Source of the DNA: Glycera tridactyla
Lineage: Eukaryota
Length of the DNA: 64,000 bases
NCBI GenBank assembly: GCA_965644265.1
Contig: OZ286473.1
Coordinates: 81,654,001-81,718,000, forward strand
Direction: 5' to 3'
Every line of letters starts with the position of its first letter. The first letter of the stretch is position 1. Positions 1 to 13,100 of this stretch are shown in pieces. A program made the translations under genes and the position numbers. The notes beneath the pieces are model-generated. The model was not told where the DNA came from. It ran no database searches and saw only the letters and a program-made list of their open reading frames with translations.

Positions 1-3000
1 GTGGGATTTCTAGTTCACAAAATTCTTTAACCGGCAGTATTTTGTCGAGGGCTTTAAGGGAGAACCTACAAGCAGATCTCTCAGTTGCAGTACAGTGAGT
101 ACACTGTCCAAGTGATCTTTCCAGCTTGCAACAACCAATTTCATCATTCGTAATTGGTGCATGGGATATCTCATATTGTGAACAAATTATACACAATACA
201 GGAGGGATTGAGAGTACGAGGGAGTGATTTCTCACTATGTTAGACACACGGTGAATGGGTGACCAAACTTCAGATGGTAGGATGTTTCAAATTATACTAT
301 ACAGATATCCTGAAGAAGTATTTTCACAATCTCATTTGTTTATTGAAAAGCCCATGCCATATTTCATCAATAGTATGCAAGCTGGAGTTATGCCAACAAA
401 AAAACATAGAATTTGCTGTTTATTTGGATGTGATTACTGGTGGAAATCTACTTGCATTGTTATCATTTCTCTAGCAATCACATCTCTTCACATATTCTAT
501 GCATTTTCATTGGGCAGGATTTATCACCACAATAAACAGTATGTTGGCTAAAATGAGATCTGACAGTGTATATAGAAATGATCAAAGTTCAAACAGATGA
601 CGTCATCAGAATCATTCACATAAAAGTAGGAACGATGACATCATCATATTGTACTCAAACCATCAAAGTGTACTCTGTCGCGCTGTCAAGGTCATCAACA
701 GAAAGTGTGAATGCAGGATGTTTGTCCAGTTGCTGGACTGTATGTATATGAAGAGTAGATTGGCCGAGCTACATGGCCTGCAAACTCATGTGTCTATTTG
801 CCAATTACATATATATGCTGATATATGCATTTGCACATATCAGAGTTGCTCTGCTTGGAAGGTACCTACTTTCTCTCTGGACTGAATCTCAGCATAAGTG
901 AATATTCCGATCAAAAACATTGAAACCTCGTGAAATCTCACCTCGTCAAAGTTACCGTTAGCTGAGGCTGACAACTTCTTTTAGTGTATACTGCTTCATC
1001 CAATCCAACTAATCATTTTTCATGTGAAGACCTATGATTTGTGACAGTCTAATTTTATCCAATCCTTATATAATCCGAAAAAAAATTAGCTCACAGAACA
1101 TTGAACTCCCCCCCCCCCCAACAACAACATCTTTCAAGACTACGCCATATTGTATTTCACATATACATCGCTATGAATTTTCTCAATACTTGCTTGGAAA
1201 GATGACTGATAAGTCTGGTATTATGCTATTATTTGTTGCGCCAGAATTATCCTGCATTATATTCTATTTGAGTGAAATTGTTACTTTCAAATTCAAATCA
1301 TCCTTTTCAGAGTGTATTCAATAATATTTTGAGTCGATTGACAATGATTTCAGTCATGAAATTCCTTATACATAGTTATAGAGCACTAGGAATCCTGACT
1401 AAAAAATTAAGCCTGGAAGTGAATATCTCTACTTGGAAGATGAGTCCTGAGAGGGAATCGGTGGTTGTAACCTGCATCTTACATTATCAATCAAAAGAGG
1501 ATTGGAAGAATACCACAAAAATTACCCTTCTTGTCATTCCATTGTAAAGATAATGGTATGAATCAAAATGCCTCATTTCTCCACTATACAAAATACATGG
1601 ACTTTTCGATTCGAACTCTGAAAGGAGTGATCATTCATCAAAATCAATGTTTGCTTTATCATGATCAGGCCATACACATACAATTTGTTGGATTATTGGG
1701 TGCCTCGGTGTTTATAATCATTTTTGCGGTAGGCACGTTTTTTTCCCATGTATCTGATGAAAACCTTCAAATCTTGTATTGGTTTCGAATGTGAAATGCT
1801 TGGTCCTTATTCTTGTTGGTGTCTAATCCCCAATACTTAAAAGTAAAAAAGGCTATCCATGAGAGATAAATGAAGTATATATATTTCATGTATATGCAAT
1901 CCGCATTTGAGTTTCCTCACAATATCAAGAGGAATGTTATATATGATATATGAAAATGTCTCTAATAAGAAAACTGTATGACTGTGCATTCAAAGATTAT
2001 AAAAATGGATGGCAAAATGTGACAAGTTTTTTCATTGAGACAACTAAAAGTATAATGACACAAGCAACAAAATGTCTAATAGTGCAGTATAGCTCTGCGC
2101 GCAACAAATAAAGTCCCATCCCTGAGATGATATGTGACGATTAGATATCTTATTATCAGATATATGTATTCACTTGTTCTGCCAAAATGATAATTTCACC
2201 ATACCACCAGTTCTCTACGATTGAGTTCCATACCAGTGAGAAATCGGAGAACCTTTGCCTCACATGGCACATTCCCTTTCTCTGTCCTCCTAAATTTCGA
2301 CATCAAAGCTTCCCATATTAGAAAATCAGTGAAGTGCTCCCATGACTGTACACCATTCTAGAACTATTTCTGACAATTGGTCTGATGTGGTTATGTTGCG
2401 ACATTCAGACCTGATATAAAAAGAGACTGATAATATAAGAGACTCGGGCTAGGATAATGGAAAATGGCAGTAGTTGGTGATATGTGGTGGCAGATCAAGA
2501 ATTACATAAAATTCCCAGCTAGTATATCTATACAGACACATTGAGGGTAATTTGTGTGTGGCGCGCTTTGTTGCTGCTGTTATGAGAGTTTGAATGAGGA
2601 ATTGGATGGAACAACAACAAGAAATTCTACTTGCCACTGGACCTCCTCAACATCTCCTTGCTTTGCACTCTTCATTCTCAATAAATTGATGGAATTTTCG
2701 ATGGAAAAAGAATTAACAATGAGTGAAATTTCAATTCGATTACTTACTGGGCATACTAAACTGATATTCCAGTAAGCAGTTGGATTGACATTCCAATGAA
2801 ATTGATATCATGATTGAAGATGTTGGCTCGCATTGACAGCTTCATAACCCACAGAATAGGTGATGGAAGGATATAGTTGAGTAGTTATTAGAAATGTTGT
2901 TAGTTTTGACAGGGTACAAACAAGAAGAGGCTGAGGAGACTTGACAGTGGAACTATTCTTATCAGTATCGTAGCAGTATGAAACACTGGTTTTTATGAAT

Positions 3001-5397
3001 AGTAGAAAAAATATTAGCCCAATGATGAAGACAATAGATGAATGGTATAAGGCAGCAGAGATATTTCATCTTCAGATATTTTTGAGTCACACATTAAGAT
3101 TGTCTGAACCATTAAGCCCATTGAAAACAGGGTTGTGCCCTCCTGAGGTGGGGCATTGCAGTAGCGCAATTATCGACATTCACATGATGTGTTATCTAGG
3201 GGTGCGATGGTGCAGATTCAAACCATCCAACATGTACCTGAGCAATCTTGCCATCTCAAGGTATTTGTAAACTATAGTTTTCATTTCTATTTTATCTCTG
3301 ACTGAGGATATCTCTCAATTTCATAAGGCTCACATAAGCCATCCCGGGATTTCATCAAAATTCATCATGGATGTGAAACCTCAATCTAAAGATCACAAAA
3401 TTGCGAAAAACAGTATCATCAGGTCATGTGGGTGTGATGAACTTTTAGGCAGACTAAGACCAAGAATAGTAAGTATGCTATTATTGTCAGACATGAATAT
3501 CTATAAGAATGCGTAACTGCTGGTAGTACAGATATTGCACAGTAAAAAATCTGGTAAGTCATTACATTCGACTATCCCATTTCATTTGGTTGAATCAAAG
3601 AGATTCATGTTGTGGGATTTCTATATTAGTCACCAATACCATTAAACTGATATGACTCAGAGATTCCCAGATATATCACATAGGTACAAATAAGACCAGC
3701 ATTGGTAAATTGGACAAATATGAAAAATATGTGATTCAAAAAGTCTTCAGATGTTCGATGATTTATATCGTATGTGGAGGGTAGCATGATCCAGGAGCTA
3801 CCCTACAGCTTTTTTGAAATCGCAATGTATCCTCTAACAAATATCATCAATAGGCACATGGTTGGTATATATGCATATCATATCTAAATTCTCCTCCAAG
3901 CTTCCCAATGTAACATCTGCTCAAGTGCATACTGGCTGGTAGACGCTTGAATAGGCATTACTTGAAACTCATGAGATCTATGCTCCTTGTAAAATTTGCA
4001 TTGAAGCAGAGTACAAAGTCAGGTCTGGATTTTCATCAGTGTTTCATTAAGCTGTAGGGTATGCACCATGATGTACATAGTATGCTGGATTGTTGTTGGT
4101 ATGCACAAAAAATTGAGATAAATTCTTACCTAAATCATGAAATCCTTTAGGGCTACAGCTGGAATGGGTCTTATATAGAAAGAGATGGTCTAGCTCCACT
4201 AATAATAACAATTTATCACGTTTAATGATGTTCTCTAACTATTTGCAGAGCAAGCATAGAAATAGTTCAGAACTGGCCTGCGCTAGCTAATATATCGCGC
4301 AAATGTGCAGTTAAGGGCATGTAGCAGTGAATCATCACTGCCTTCTGAAATAGACAAGCAGTTATCTAGAATATACAGTAGATAACACAAGAGGTACTTG
4401 ACCTCATTACATGAGGAAACCACGTGACAGCGCGTACAGAAAACACAGACAAATCGCAGATGATTTGAGAGCAGTACTTACAGTATGCCAGAAAAATCTC
4501 ACCCCATCATTTTTCATTGACAGATATGTATATGTATGTAGCATGTATGCAAATGATTGGCATATTCCTCTCCAAGGGCATAAGAGAAGTAAATCGTTCA
4601 AACACAGGGATATTCAGGTTAATTCAATGATGGTGTTGGGGATTTTTTTCAAAGAAATTAACACCATATGGAAGACATAAAAATAAGGGCAAGAATTGGT
4701 GATTCTGGCAACACAAGTAGTTGGGACGATTTCATCCGTCAAGTCCATTATTACACCTGAGATGCTTGGCCAAAAAACTACCTAACCTCGCAATGATATA
4801 TTTATTGATAAGTCATTTAGAAAAAAATAATGCCATGGGCTGAAAATTTCTCATTTCTTGATTTTCCATCGGATAGCTGTCTTATGTGCAGCCAAACATG
4901 TGCCTTGGAAAAATATGGAAGATCTTTTGTGGGGGATCTTAGTGATCATAATTTCTATGTGGATTGTCAAGGCACAGTGTCGTTTCCGATTGCAATGTAC
5001 TGGAAAATCCTTGTATGCTGTTGATACAAGTAGGCACATTCCTTCATAGAAGTAAAAAATATAGATGATATTTCCATCATTGGATAGTGACTTTTCACTA
5101 GTTGGTGCGAGTTTATATTATCTCTATGCATGTGAAATCATTTACAAGAAGGAAGTAGGTGCTGCATTCACAATTCTGTATATCAAACCAGAGTGTTTTT
5201 CAACAGAATATGGAATTTATTAGCCCATTATGGTGCGAGGTAGGTGTTGAATGAAATTTAGACGGGCGCAGAAATATCACTGTCCGCACACATGATAGCC
5301 AACAATGTCCTGTATGCAAGAAGGCCACTTAGTAGGCCACAACATATATATGAGATATACATTATTACGAATTATTAGGTATGCTATTAATACTCAC

Positions 5398-5480
5398 AGC
5401 TTTCAAACATCATTGGGCACATTTGCGTGTCCAGTGGATATTTCTGCAGTTTCATCGGACAAGATAATGTAGCTGAAATT
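5398..5480 (-). CDS. Cys-loop exon, 83 nt, phase 2 to 1: (K)ISATLSCPMKLQKYPLDTQMCPMMFES
   Basis: Acceptor ttttgttctttctctcag|A, donor AGCT|gtgagt, C-x13-C signature with YPLD; single copy found. Confidence 0.96.
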
Positions 5481-8400
5481 CTGAGAGAAAGAACAAAATT
5501 TATTGTGAGGTGAAATGCTATGGTGGCGTTTCACATTCATTGTTGTTGTCAACTGGGTTTTCTCTAAGACATTGTGTCTGAGGCCCAAATGCTGCCAGGA
5601 TAGTTTCAAGCTGGCTTCAATATATCGTCAAGAGATATACAAAAAAAGGTTTAAATAGGGAAGGGTATAATGAGGGATGTGATTGCGAGGGGAATGCTGA
5701 TAGGCAAGTGTGATGATAGAGGGATACCCAACTGGCATTGAGTTCCTCAGGCGTGGAGCTACATACTGGAACAACGTATTAGTTCTACACCTTGGAACTC
5801 GGAATTTAGTGAATGCCTGAAAGGAAGCTATCTTACATTAAACTTGTTTATCAGCATTTCTCCGCTAGGGGTAGTATGGAAGAAAAAAGTGAAAACAAAA
5901 CATAACCAAAATCATTACCAGATCACCACTTATGGCACTGCAGTGTCCTGCATGTACTTAAGGTGATGACAAGCAATTGTTTTGATCATATTTCACTTTC
6001 AACAAAATATGTAAAACGTAGCCTATCTTAGCCAGGAAGCAACTTTAAATATAAATTGTACCCACTTTCAATGCAGTTTCTGCAATAGGTGAAACTATTA
6101 GACATGGTTCATATTTAGGCCTAGTTAAAAGGAGCATTATAAGCATGAAAACCTTAGAAAGTGCATAGATTTGCGTGCCTGAGTCATATGAATTCTCTCT
6201 ACATTATAACTGATTATGCACACAATTAGTATTGTATCATGTATTATGTGTGCATAAAGTGGTGCATAACGCATGCGCTGCGCTGCGCGCGCATATCTGA
6301 GACCACAGCCCCAATTCCATCTATTAATAGGGCGCCTTGCTCAGGGAAATGAAACAAACATAATAAAAACACCACTAGGTTATTTCCGCTCGCAGAAAAT
6401 CTCTTTACTGCAGCTAATTGACCCTGACAAAAGCAAACCCTGTTTAGAAGAAAGATTATGGGGCAAAATGTTATGCCCGTGTCCATTTGGGTTTGAACAT
6501 ACTTGGGATTATGTGGCTGCAATTTATGGCACAAGGGAGCATATCCTGCATTTGCATTCTAGGGAATAAATGTATATATTTTCTTGTCGGATGTTACCAT
6601 AAACTTTGATATTTTGTTTGCATTTGCCCCCATATCTTGATCTGTTCATGCAATAGTGACACAAATCATGTAAACACCTGGTGTCATCTTCAATAACCAC
6701 AAAACGTTCAGTGGAATGGTAGTGCTATTTCCTGACTCAACGTGCGTTATTCCACTGCAACCTTCATGGTGCATTCATTCAATGCACAGCTAAATGGCAA
6801 TGGGGCAATGATTACACGATTTATTTCACCCATATCATATCTGAGTTGCCAACTGTGGTAATAACATAATCAATGAATTGTTTGGTCCACAAAAATGCTA
6901 CAAGAGCCGTCGAGAGGAACAAATAGGATAGAGGATGAACTTGATGAATACAGCAGGGTTAATTGAACACCAGAGAATTGGCCCAAATGTGAAACCCCTC
7001 TAATTGTTGTATCAACTAATTTCAGATATTGCCCTGTGGCATGGCGGAATGAATCATCAGTCTACTCCAGGTAGATTCACTATATACACAATCAGCCACT
7101 TTGCGTTTTTTGTGCAGATTCGCGTTGGAAAAACAACAGACAGTATTTTCACAAAAAGACCAGCAAATTATTGCTGTTTCTATCTAAATATAGAGTTGAT
7201 GACTGGTACATATATGCCCGTAAAGATATTCAGTTGAGCAATTTTAGGCCATAAATATTTGACACCCATAGTTCAATACTATAAGATGGACACAATAGAT
7301 TGAGGAAAAGCAAATTTCACATTCGATGTACCCATCGATTCTCATTTGGACACATGGCCAGATTGTCAATTTGGAAGCCACATCATTTGTGAGTCAATTC
7401 ATCCCATCTGTTTTCATTAAGAAATCTATCACCATGCTGTCATCCTAAAATACTCCTGAAAAAGTTCCCAACTCTGTGGTATCTAAGCCAACAATTGAAC
7501 AAAATTCAGCCAGAAGGAATTGTTTCGATCATATTGAATTGATTTCGGTAAACCATACTAGGCAAAATTTGAAGAGAAAAAAGTAATTAGGAATCATTGT
7601 CACTGTAGTGCGACTGTAGTATGTAAGGAATTCATCAATTGAGATGGTCCCACTTTTCCAGTGGATTTAGCTGAGATGAATGATCAATTATTTCTTCCAT
7701 TGATTCGTGTGATATGTTAATGCTCTGGAAGTTTGCGATGGGTGCCGCTTCGTGCTTATGTTTTGAACCATGGGTGAGAAAAGAGGTTGCATTGAAACGA
7801 ATGAGCCAACCAACCTGGTGTCTATTTGGGAATCAGACACTCTGCCTATATAGGCAAGAAATCAATGGAATCAATAAGTAACATAAACATAGAACACAAA
7901 CCACAACCAAGGGTGATGGTCGAAAGCAATATCAACATTTCCACTCTACGTGAAGATGTAAATAGCACTAAACGGAACTGCTTTAACAATATAAAAACAG
8001 ATGAAAAAGGGGAAGATCATTACTGGATGATGATGAGCTTTGACTAATTCTGCCAACTAATACACAACAATGGATTTTCATGTTGAGATGAATGTATTTC
8101 CCATACACCAAATCGCAAATTGATATGACACTGAGTGCAAAATAAAATGTTGACATAGGTCTATCCACTGACCGTATGACCTAGTTAGGGAACAATGTAC
8201 AAGACATGGTGGAAATTCACAGATTGTTGTGTCTGAAATGTCAATGCACTTGAGCCTGGCGATCCCATTGACATTTTCTGGTTATCTAAATGAGGGAAAA
8301 GCCCATTTTCTGTGTATGAGTTGACATTTGCCGAATGTAACTGACTCATGGGTTCCTGCAAGTAACCATATGATCATGTAGAGACAATTGCACATGAACA

Positions 8401-10103
8401 ATAAATCGATCTAACTGATTTCTTTATAGATACATAACCACAATAGAATCCAGAAATGCTTATTCATACTTGCACAATGTACTGTTTTCAAGTCTGCATG
8501 ATTTGAAAACTTCAGAGAACATTGCTATCCTAGACCGATGAGGCAAACAATCACAACAGATATTAACACTGCATATCCAGAATAACATCAGTGCAAAAGA
8601 AATCAATGTAATTTGCATCATGGCATTGTTTGTCTCAGATTTCTATGATTCACCTCAATATGCGCATGAAAACTGAAGAACAAAAAATACCGCAGCGATG
8701 CCATCTCTATAATACTTTCCAACATACAGATGTGATAGCAATAAATTTTGCTGATTATGATAGAGGCATAATACATTATGAGTGAGTGAAAAAAAATAGA
8801 TATACATCAATTATATTGATGAATATTAAGCCAAATGCTGCCAATGTCCCCTAATATGAAGAATGAGCTTCAGAGGAATTCCTATAGACAAATGTCAGGC
8901 TATTCATCTCAAGGACTGCCATATTGCATAGAGACGAAAAAGCCATACAAATGTGAGCTTCTCTTTGGTGATATAAGGGAGTACCTGCACATATATGCAC
9001 CCAACTTCAATCTTCCAAATAGCTCTATCCAGAAATGATTCTCTAGCAAATGCTCCAAATCATATTGCAGCAATTTTATCGTGGGCAAATATGATAGTCC
9101 ATCAATTCATGAGACATATATCATCTTAGTTCAGCTTTCAATATCATATGAAACACTACCTTCAACGAACTTGTCACATATCAAACATTTAACGCAATTC
9201 GAGGAGCAAGGAGCAAAAGTTACCAATGATATATACATATCATTATACTACAATCATAATATCTCAAATGATAGGTAAGTGGGGATTTCAATCAGTTAGA
9301 ATAAGCTGAAATAACGGTCTCTCACAATAGGAACGAGATTGATAATAGTAATGTTCTTACTGCATTGGTAACATTCATCAAACATACCTTCCTTAATTGA
9401 ACCACTACATTACAATATCTGGGCCCATTTCACCCAAACCTATAATATGCATATTTGATGGAAATTCACTGATTATATCAGTACATGAAATGTCATGAAA
9501 TAATGCTGGACTCTCATGAAAGGAAAATGTTTTTTCAATTGCACTAGAGGGGGAGTGAGGGGCTTGCTGAAATGGGCCCTTATCTCTAAAATGTGGCATT
9601 CTCTCACCCGACATGCAACGCACATGTAAATGCTCATGACAACAATTTGGTGAGGAGCAACCATTTCCTGAATTTCTGTTTATCTGGTGCAACACAATCA
9701 GCATGGATGTCATGATCACACAGATTGAACGTCTCACAGAAGGCTAGACTTTAATACCCATTATGATATGCATTCCACACATGAAGGCATTATACAATAG
9801 ATCTATCACCTAGTTTGGGATGATAAATTCTGATGAACATCGTTTTGCCAGGCTATATGACAGCAATAATCATGCAGTCTGTGTGTTCAGTCTGTGTGGG
9901 TCACAAACCTAGCATATTTTTACATGCAAGGTGATCAGGCATCGCACATGCACGCTGGCGCATCATGAAATGATCTGTTCGACACGACAAGAACCTTTTA
10001 TATATACCAACTGACAATATCTGCAGCGCTTCAAATTCGCATCCAATTGGGATCTCACACGAACCATACAAAGATAGTCTTCATGGTCTTTACAATAACA
10101 GCA

Positions 10104-10171
<68 letters not shown>

Positions 10172-13100
10172 CCATAATAACTCTCAGCCAGGAATTCTAT
10201 TGAGTATTCAGATACGGATAACAAGTGGCTATTATCCACTCCGAGATGGAAAAATGTACAGTGGACATGTGTTGAGAAACATTACCTGAGTGCAACTACC
10301 TTGATCAGATAAATTAGTTACACTGTCCGCTGTTCACTGTGGTTATTACATCCTAATTATTTCATAGTTTTTCCTGAAATTTATTCAGTAGAAGACACAG
10401 TTGTGTTGCTGACAACAGCAATACAAGCTGGCAAGATTGCACAGAAGACATTGCAGGAGTCAGTATGATTGACCTCAAGGCTCTGTCCACACCACTCAGA
10501 ATTCTATTGCGGTCAGAATTACCTGCATGAAAGTGAGTATTAATGGCATATCAGCATCAATGAACACTAGGTCAGAATACAACACAGTTGACCTGTTGTA
10601 TGCCTAGTTTGATACTGTCATTCCTAGATGAAGTTTCTCATTCATGAGATGGTCAACAAGGTGAATATCATTTTTCTAGAATGTAGATTTTTCTCACATT
10701 GACAGTGACAATATCTTTGAATCCCATTGAGCATAATCTCATGGGAGTGTGACTTGTTAGCAGCCACACAATTCTAGAAATTATAAAATGTTCATCAATT
10801 TTTAATAGGTGATCTGAGGGGTGTGTATGTCACACAGATGGGAATGAGGTATGGTGCAATTGACATTGAATAGCGCGCGCTGGTGGCTCGGGCTGAAATC
10901 ACCACTATCTGGAAACTAACTAGAAGCGGGAAGAGCCTAATGCCCAGGACATGAGCTCATTAGGGAAACACTGATCAAGTGCTTAGATGATTTCATTCTG
11001 TGCGAGATCATGGACATCACAAATGCCCCTCGAGATGACTGAAATGAGCTCTAGCTAGATTGTAACTCTAAACATGATGATCATGCTTGTATCTGAACCT
11101 CTATTTGGAACATTTTATGAAGCATAAAAGTACATAGAATGTGATCACACACACAAGATGCAGCGCGGAACACACAGGCGCATCAATATGCATTTCTTTC
11201 TATCTAGTCACGTCATACATTAGAGGCATGAAGTAGGAACTTCCAATGATTGGAAAATTACTAAAGTGATTGGATTCGGGGCTTTTTTATCCAATGTCTG
11301 CGGTGGAGAGCATCAGGTATTGATCACGTCTGAAAATCAGCTTCGGAACATCATGACTGTACTAGAAGTAACAGAATAGTGATAAAAAGGATTTCTTTCA
11401 TCCTTATGTATCCACAATTAAGGATACAACGTAGACTGGGAAGTTTGAACAATTTTCCTCGGTTGAGAGTTCAAACCAGAAAGGATGCTGTGTGTAGATT
11501 CATTTCCCTATCATTCAAGTAGTGGCATTCAAGTATGCCATTACATCTATTCTGTATAATGTACTGGATTGCAGTGTGTGTTGTGATTGTACCTGATTCA
11601 AGCATATATTGTATACAGGGCTTCCTGGTACATTAGGTAAAGAGGCTAAAATTAGTGGAATTGTCAGGCATTATTGGCACCAAGGAGAAAGATATTGAAG
11701 GATATAGGGTAAGGGAAAAGACCTGTAAACTGTGGCACCATCACCTCATAAGCTCACACAGACAACAAGATGAACAGCAGCCTCACTGTAACTGAATGTA
11801 GCAGGTAGAACACACCTGTGTTACTTGGAGGGTGAGAAAATCTTTATTGAGCTTGTTAGGCTAGAGCAACTGTCCAGCCAGACACTCTTACATGACCTGA
11901 TCCTATAGTTTCAATTCCACATATGTGTTAAGATGCATCAGCCTATCTCACTAGTTCAGTGCATCATCCTATGAATACATGTATGCAGATGCTAGTCCAA
12001 CTAATTTAGATCGAATTTGGAAACTTCTGAATCAAGAGTAATTTTTATATGGCTTCAATGGTGAATGACTGATCTCGTGAGGAAGGGTATTACATGATGG
12101 TCATTGATTTGTCTGCTTTCCTATAATACCCACCAGGCAATTCCAGAGGAAGTTGTTCTATATATAGGTGGTTCCAGTAACTACATCAGATTTACAGTAA
12201 GTAGCATATATGTCATTTGCCCTGGTGGCGCTTGATCATGGGGAATATACCGTGGTAGGACCTGTTCAATGAGAGTTAGACACTTGTTCTCTTCATATAT
12301 GCAAAGCTAGAGTCACTGATCTAGCCCAATTTCTTTTGGCAAGATGACAGATGGCTCAGCATATCCTACCTGAATGATAACTGTACTTTGAAATGATCTC
12401 TGTTCAAAATGAATCTCTGGCGTTTAAGTCTAATGACCATCCACCTCTTATATTTCTTGTGAAGGGTGCTAAGGGATGTTTCCAATAGCCTTCGATATTC
12501 ACATTTCATAGCTACATGCATATTTTGAAAATCATGGCATTAGAATTTTTTATCTGATCCACTTTTTTGCATTTTTAGAGATATTGTGATTTTTTGTCAG
12601 TTATGAATGTCTTAATGCCTTGTCCCCTGGTGCCATTTGGACTCCTAAATGACCAGTAATGTCAGTTATCTTCTCCTTTGAGTATGATGTGGGGATATTT
12701 CCGAAAATTCACAGAGCCATGTTAAATTATCCAAAAATATTCACTGGGACCATATATGTTTCTTCTCAACCGAGCTGGAATCAATAATTCTATGATCATC
12801 ATTCAATGATAGGCCATCATCCATTACCTCTTCAAATTACACCAATCAAAGTGACTCAAGCTTTGAATGACAAATACTTATACTTTGACTTATAAGATTC
12901 ATATGACTTTTTCCAAAACTATGATCAGAATCACGAGACACAAGTGAATTCATTGAACAGGGCCTTGCTCCTTACTCTCAAACCATGAATGATGACTCTT
13001 GCCCAAACTGATGCAATGATGACACTAATGAATCTGAGATGCCACCAGCTGATATCAATTGCAGTGAGGGCCCTGCAGATGAATGACAGTGTTTCTACTT

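Noticed and set aside
1-5397. Search for the next receptor exons (loop B/F, loop C, TM1-TM4)
   Set aside because: Partial look-alikes (EIVLEW near 2360, VRFFW near 4490, LPDFLL near 3550) lack an open frame with the right phase or splice sites; the exons are probably outside the window.
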